A stretch of 64,000 bases of DNA, from contig JACRDK010000004.1 of assembly GCA_016218585.1 (NCBI GenBank), positions 21,347-85,346 on the forward strand, given 5' to 3'. Under the pieces are notes generated by a model. That model worked only from the letters and a program-made list of their open reading frames with translations. It did no database searches and was not told the origin of the DNA. The translations under genes and the position numbers were made by a program. Each line of letters opens with the position of its first letter. Positions within the stretch are counted from its first letter, which is position 1. The stretch comes from Candidatus Doudnabacteria bacterium (GTDB lineage Bacteria > Patescibacteriota > Doudnabacteria > UBA920). Shown here one piece after another: positions 59,262 through 64,000 of this stretch.

Positions 59262-60122
59262 CTAATTTTGTAAATATGCCTTTTTGGCCCCGGACACCAA
59301 GTATTTAACAAACTCTCGGGCCACATTAAACTTAGTCAGCGCTTCAAAAGACTGGAGACCCGGAAACCGGTTCACTTCCAAAATATACAGCTTGCCGTTG
59401 CTTTCCAAAATGTCGGTTTTAGCCAGCTCGCGGCCTAAAATTTTTGCTGCTTTTTGAGCCAGACTGACCGCCTCAGCCAGCATATGGTCTCCTGCGGTGG
59501 TTGAAATATTAAGCACCTGATAATTTTTAAAATCCGGCCTTTTGGTTTTTTTATTAATAGCAAACTTTAAAATAACCGGCAGGGCTTTATAGCCTGCGGT
59601 TATAACTTTATATTCATATTCCGCGTTTACAAACTCCTGAAGCATTAGCTCGCTTTCCGGGTAAGCGCCGGGCAAGGAGCCTCCGGATTTTACCAAAAAT
59701 ACATTTTTGCCCTTAAACCCATAAATCCATTTGGCAATAAATATATCCTGTTTTAAAAATTCGGATTGCATGCTAAATAGCTCGGTTTTTGGAATGGGTA
59801 AACTATTTGCGAAAAGCACCCTATAGTCATCCCATTTGCCGCCGCCTAACAAACCATCTGCAATTACCTCATCCACAACTCTTTTGCCCCTGTTTTTAAA
59901 TTTCTTGGCCAAAGAAATAACATCTTTCAAATATTTAGGGCTTCTTTGCACATAAGGATTCCTAATATAAAGAACGTCATACTCGCCAGGTTCAATAATA
60001 AAGTTTTTTTCTGCCAGTTCAACAATTGGCATTACAACAAACTCACAATTTAAATTGCCGGCTTCGGCAAACAACCGCTTAGAAGCATAAGTTTCTGATG
60101 AAGATATGGCAAGAATTCTCAT
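59262..60122 (-). CDS. RimK-like ATP-grasp protein
   Basis: LPIPKT, G.KG..V, LQEFV, KTD, LEVNRFPG. Confidence 0.8.
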   Translation of the reverse strand: MRILAISSSETYASKRLFAEAGNLNCEFVVMPIVELAEKNFIIEPGEYDVLYIRNPYVQRSPKYLKDVISLAKKFKNRGKRVVDEVIADGLLGGGKWDDYRVLFANSLPIPKTELFSMQSEFLKQDIFIAKWIYGFKGKNVFLVKSGGSLPGAYPESELMLQEFVNAEYEYKVITAGYKALPVILKFAINKKTKRPDFKNYQVLNISTTAGDHMLAEAVSLAQKAAKILGRELAKTDILESNGKLYILEVNRFPGLQSFEALTKFNVAREFVKYLVSGAKKAYLQN

Positions 60123-60158
60123 ATCTTTGATTCTACGCTAAAACCTGCTATACTGACA

Positions 60159-60255
60159 ATGTCGCATAATGCATTTATGAGCCATGCAAAAAAGACGTGG
60201 TCGTAATATGTCCTGTGGGCATTGTGGATAAACTATGATGTCGCATAATGCATTT
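60159..60255 (+). promoter_or_regulatory. Two 18-bp direct repeats resembling dif half-sites, plus a DnaA box, upstream of xer
   Basis: ATGTCGCATAATGCATTT at 60159 and 60238; TGTGGATAA at 60223. Confidence 0.6.
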
Positions 60256-60273
60256 TAAATTACCAAAAAGTTT

Positions 60274-61329
60274 ATGGCCGAAATTAAAACAAAACTAGAC
60301 TCCCCTCTTTACCGTTATATAACGGAGTTTTTGGAATTCTGTGAAATTGGTAAAAACCAGAGCCGCAACACTATTGCCGCTTATTACCGCTACCTAAATA
60401 AATTTTTAAACTTTGCCATTCCTTTGGGAGTAAAAGATCCAAAAGATATTGATTTGGAAATCATTAAAAAGTACCGCCTCTATTTAAACAGGCTGCAGGA
60501 TGATAAAGGCAACACTCTAAAACTGGTTACCCAAAACTATCATTTAATAGCTTTGCGGGCTTTCTTGAAATACTTGGCGAAGCAGGACGTAAAAACCCTT
60601 TCTCCGGAAAAAATTGAACTTCCAAAAAACCCTCAAAGACAAGTTGAGTTCCTGGAAAAAGAGGAATTGGAAAGGCTGTTTCAGGCTGTGGCCAATGAAA
60701 AAGATGAATTACAGCGACTGCGCGACTCAGCTATTTTACATACTCTCTTTTCCACCGGACTGCGGGTATCCGAACTTGCTTCCCTAAAAATAGAAAGCAT
60801 TAACTTAGACCGAAGGGAATTTACCGTACGCGGCAAAGGCAGTAAACTTCGCCTGGTATTTTTGTCGGACGAAGCGGCGGAAACAATAAAGAAATATTTG
60901 GCTAAACGAAAAGATAACAGCAAGGCGCTGTTTGTCGGACACTCGGAAATAGGCCAATCATCCCCTGCCGCCAAAACCCCAGGCAAAGGTGAAAAGCTTA
61001 CAGCGGAACAAAAAAAAGTAGAAAAAGAAATTGCCAGCCAGGGCTTTAGCAAAAATGGGGACAAAAATACCAATAGAGCCAGCGGTTTAACAGTCAGGCA
61101 AATCCAAAGAATAATAAAAAAATATTGCCGCGTGGCGGGAATAATAAAAAAAGTTACTCCACACACTCTTCGCCATAGCTTTGCCACAGACCTGCTGCAA
61201 AACGGGGCAGATATCCGCTCAGTGCAAACCCTGCTCGGGCACGCCTCAATAACCACTACCCAAATTTACACGCACATTACCAACCAAGGCCTGCGTGATA
61301 TTCATAAAAAATTCCACGATAAAAAATAA
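60274..61329 (+). CDS. Xer-type tyrosine recombinase
   Basis: TGLRVSEL, GKGSK.R, TPHTLRHSFAT, LLGH, TTQIYTH; SAM-like N-terminus. Confidence 0.96.
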   Translation: MAEIKTKLDSPLYRYITEFLEFCEIGKNQSRNTIAAYYRYLNKFLNFAIPLGVKDPKDIDLEIIKKYRLYLNRLQDDKGNTLKLVTQNYHLIALRAFLKYLAKQDVKTLSPEKIELPKNPQRQVEFLEKEELERLFQAVANEKDELQRLRDSAILHTLFSTGLRVSELASLKIESINLDRREFTVRGKGSKLRLVFLSDEAAETIKKYLAKRKDNSKALFVGHSEIGQSSPAAKTPGKGEKLTAEQKKVEKEIASQGFSKNGDKNTNRASGLTVRQIQRIIKKYCRVAGIIKKVTPHTLRHSFATDLLQNGADIRSVQTLLGHASITTTQIYTHITNQGLRDIHKKFHDKK

Positions 61330-61339
61330 ACGCAAACAA

Positions 61340-61906
61340 ATGCCTACTGAAAACAATTATGAATACCAACCTCCTGAAATAAGGGCACCAGTTTCAGAAA
61401 TTGAAATGCAAAATGGACTAGCCTATTATCAAGAGCACAAAAAACAACTTGCAGTTGCAGCGGCTGTTACCAGCAACAATGCCAATTCTTGGAGAGATAA
61501 ACCTTTTAAAGTTGGTTGTGCCTTGCTGACAATTGGCGAAAACACCCCAGAAGGAGAATATGTTGTATTTAATGCGTACAACTTCAAACCGGAACCAGGC
61601 GATGTTAAGGGCTGGAAAAAAAGATGTGCTGAAAGAAATGCAGTTCAGGATGCTTTAGAGCGTAAGACAAGGGCTATTATTTCAATTACCACTTCTAGCA
61701 CTGAAACCCATACTGGAGACCCAACCAAAGCTCATGACGCCCTTCACCCATGCTTAGAATGCCGGCAGATGTTTAGAGACTTACTTAAGAACGGGGTTTT
61801 AAAAAATGAAAGCATTATTTGCAACGCCAATCATACAGATCCTAAAAACATCGTTATGGAAGAACGGACTGTCGGGGAACTGCTAGAGCTATACAAAGAT
61901 GACTAA
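61340..61906 (+). CDS. Cytidine deaminase-like zinc protein
   Basis: FKVGCAL, CAE, PCLECRQ. Confidence 0.8.
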   Translation: MPTENNYEYQPPEIRAPVSEIEMQNGLAYYQEHKKQLAVAAAVTSNNANSWRDKPFKVGCALLTIGENTPEGEYVVFNAYNFKPEPGDVKGWKKRCAERNAVQDALERKTRAIISITTSSTETHTGDPTKAHDALHPCLECRQMFRDLLKNGVLKNESIICNANHTDPKNIVMEERTVGELLELYKDD

Positions 61907-62004
61907 ACTAAAAAGACCTTTATGTTTCCATAAAGGTCTTTTTATAATTCTGATTTCGACATTTTCCCTTAACTCTTAATTCTTAATACTATCTACCAAC
62001 TCCG

Positions 62005-62181
62005 TCACACATACCACTTATACTCGCTCATTGAACGCATTGCTTCTTCCATATCTACCTGGTACTCTGACTGCCCTTCCTTGCTGTATTCGGTAAGCGG
62101 CAACTCGCAGTGCGGACAAACCCCCGGGTTTTGTTTACTAAACCCGCAGACGTCGCACATATACATATAAAAGTTTTGCAT
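62005..62181 (-). CDS. Small zinc-ribbon/rubredoxin-like protein
   Basis: CDVCG...CPHC; GGAGGTG SD upstream. Confidence 0.7.
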   Translation of the reverse strand: MQNFYMYMCDVCGFSKQNPGVCPHCELPLTEYSKEGQSEYQVDMEEAMRSMSEYKWYV

Positions 62182-62429
62182 ATAAATCACCTCCCTCGTT
62201 GTGATTTAATTTTTTAAATTGTTTTTTGATTTTATGGCTTTTTCCCTCCTTATCTATGGTTTAACTCTTTTTAAAAAGGAAGTCAATTGTTTAAAATCCG
62301 ATTTGCTCACATTGATGATAAAAAAAATATTTTACCTCTAACAAAAGGCAAAAAAATAGACCTGGGTAAGGCTAAAAAGATGCTGTAATTAACCGCTTAA
62401 GCACTGTTTGTCCACTTATTTTGAACCAC

Positions 62430-62458
62430 TTGAAAAATATCAACATTTATGATATAGT
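62430..62458 (+). promoter_or_regulatory. Promoter for the tRNA-Arg pair
   Basis: TTGAAA-17 bp-TATAGT with extended TG. Confidence 0.6.
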
Positions 62459-62475
62459 TTAGCAAGTTCTAATGT

Positions 62476-62552
62476 GGTCGCGTAGCTCAGTTGGATAGAG
62501 CGTCAGCTTGCGGAGCTGAAGGTCGCAGGTTCGACTCCTGCCGCGATCACCA
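62476..62552 (+). tRNA. tRNA-Arg(GCG)
   Basis: GGTCGCG/CGCGATC acceptor, TCAGC-TTGCGGA-GCTGA anticodon arm, CCA. Confidence 0.94.
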
Positions 62553-62657
62553 TAACTAAATTTAATCTTTTCTTTCAAAGTATAAATACCGCACCTTTTA
62601 AAGCAGAACTATCTTACACTCAAAGTCTAAAGGATAGCGTCCCGCGGCTTCTGATTT

Positions 62658-62732
62658 GGTCTCGTAGCTCAATGGATAGAGCCGCAGCCTTCTAAGCTGC
62701 TGATGCAGGTCCGATTCCTGCCGAGGCCACCA
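62658..62732 (+). tRNA. tRNA-Arg(TCT)
   Basis: GGTCTCG/CGAGGCC acceptor, GCAGC-CTTCTAA-GCTGC anticodon arm, CCA. Confidence 0.93.
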
Positions 62733-62824
62733 GAAGCGGCGGGATTCAGTTCCTGATCTGCTAACCAAAAAATATTTTCCAATTTGAAAAACCTCTCCCG
62801 ATATTTGGGAGAGGTTTTTTTGTT

Positions 62825-63808
62825 TTAAACTTTGGCTGCGAAATATTTTTTATTCAACTTTACCGCGTAATACCCTACTCCCATAATTGCCAAACCGGCC
62901 AGCACCAGTGCCAGCGGCCAGCCGAGGCCTGAACTAAAATACTCAGCGGTAAGTTTTAATATATAACCAATTAAGAACAAGGAACCAAATACCAAGAATG
63001 ACTTGCTCTTAACATAAACGCTTAAGAATATTACCCCGAAGACTAACAGCGGAAATATTAATTCCCAAAAGGCATTCTGCTCCGGCGACCAGCCGCCAAG
63101 GGCCATTGCCGAACCCAAAAAAGTTAAAATACCAAAGCCAAATAAAGTTCCAGTAAGTGCTTTAAAACTTGTAGGTTTCAAATAATAGCCAATTAAGACC
63201 CAGGAAAAGCCTTCAACCAGAAAACGATACTCCCAAATTTTTCCAGTATCAGTACTTAACAAGTTCTGCCCAACAACCATATTCACCAAAAAATGAAACA
63301 ATCCGGTAGCAAAAATTATCCCAAAAAATAATAGTATAGTTTGTCGGAAAAACCAAAGAGAGCCAAAAAATACACCTGTTAGAATCAAATAAATCAGAAC
63401 CTGAAGGCTGTCTGCGCTAATATCCATACCTGCTTCCTTAAAAGCAACATTCACGCCCAAAGGCGCTAAACAACCGGCTATTAAGAAAAACGCTTGTGAG
63501 ATCTTTTTTAAATTCTCATAGCGGTATAACAACCCTCCCACTACAAAAGCGGCAATCCCGCTTCCCAGAGTTAACAACACTCGAACAACCGAGGAAAAAT
63601 TATCCCAGTTTTGATACGCCAGCACGCAAATCCCCAAAAAAACTATACCGCCGCCAATGTAGTACAAAATCTCCGAAAGGCTTAAGTTATGTTTAACAAC
63701 ATCGCTTTCCGCACCCTGCCCGGCAATTGCTGCCATTATTTCTTCCCTGCTAATTTGCCCAGATGCTGCCAACTGTTTTAGCTCGGACAAAACTTGTTGC
63801 TTATCCAT
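62825..63808 (-). CDS. DUF2157-like multi-TM membrane protein
   Basis: GQISREE N-terminus, ILYYIGG, QNW, about 9 TM. Confidence 0.8.
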   Translation of the reverse strand: MDKQQVLSELKQLAASGQISREEIMAAIAGQGAESDVVKHNLSLSEILYYIGGGIVFLGICVLAYQNWDNFSSVVRVLLTLGSGIAAFVVGGLLYRYENLKKISQAFFLIAGCLAPLGVNVAFKEAGMDISADSLQVLIYLILTGVFFGSLWFFRQTILLFFGIIFATGLFHFLVNMVVGQNLLSTDTGKIWEYRFLVEGFSWVLIGYYLKPTSFKALTGTLFGFGILTFLGSAMALGGWSPEQNAFWELIFPLLVFGVIFLSVYVKSKSFLVFGSLFLIGYILKLTAEYFSSGLGWPLALVLAGLAIMGVGYYAVKLNKKYFAAKV

Positions 63809-63866
63809 ATAAATTCTCCCTATATTAAATCTTTCTAATCCTTAAATTTTAAATCTTTTAATTAAC

Positions 63867-64000
63867 TTACTCCACCCAGCCCAAAAACTGGATGCCGTAA
63901 TAATCATTTGAAGTTATTTTCATATTCAATTTTTTGCTGCGATTATGACCCTTTATAAACCAACTGTTATAATCATTGCTATTGGACCCAAACAAAAAAT
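63867..64000 (-). CDS. C-terminal end of a hypothetical protein (runs off window)
   Basis: Open frame ending ...NDYYGIQFLGWVE*. Confidence 0.45.
   Translation of the reverse strand, partial: FLFGSNSNDYNSWFIKGHNRSKKLNMKITSNDYYGIQFLGWVE

Noticed and set aside
60274-61329. Prophage or island integrase near the tRNA-Arg genes
   Set aside because: Sequence is Xer-like; no att duplication of the tRNAs or phage genes seen
1-64000. Alternative genetic code (UGA=Gly) as in some CPR lineages
   Set aside because: Conserved genes are intact under code 11, and TGA ends genes such as uppP

Overview
Core-chromosome segment of a CPR/Patescibacteria-like bacterium (standard genetic code, no rpmD/L30 between rpsE and rplO, alpha2-type GlyRS, tRNA-Arg(GCG)). 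It contains, mostly on the minus strand, the str/S10/spc ribosomal cluster (rpsL to the secY 5' end), rpmB, parB, glyA, leuS, metG, glyQS, tgt, pnp, rpsO, a Xer recombinase and four tRNAs. Two things stand out. (1) An AT-rich 7-kb cassette sits between rpsO and pnp. It encodes an amino-acid dehydrogenase, a PaaK-like adenylating enzyme, a ThiF/Rv1355c-like protein, a nitroreductase-like protein, a multi-TM histidine kinase and a divergent receiver protein, and is a candidate synthesise-and-sense small-molecule system. (2) Tiny repeats and palindromes are dense throughout: imperfect hairpins built of 7-11-nt units in nearly every ribosomal intergenic spacer, similar units in frame inside essential enzymes, a 20-bp palindrome seen as filled and empty sites, and REP-like families next to three small nucleases (RAYT, DUF559, GIY-YIG). 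rplO is split by a frameshift at an A_AAA_AAG heptamer. All calls come from reading the sequence and motifs by eye; no database searches were run.
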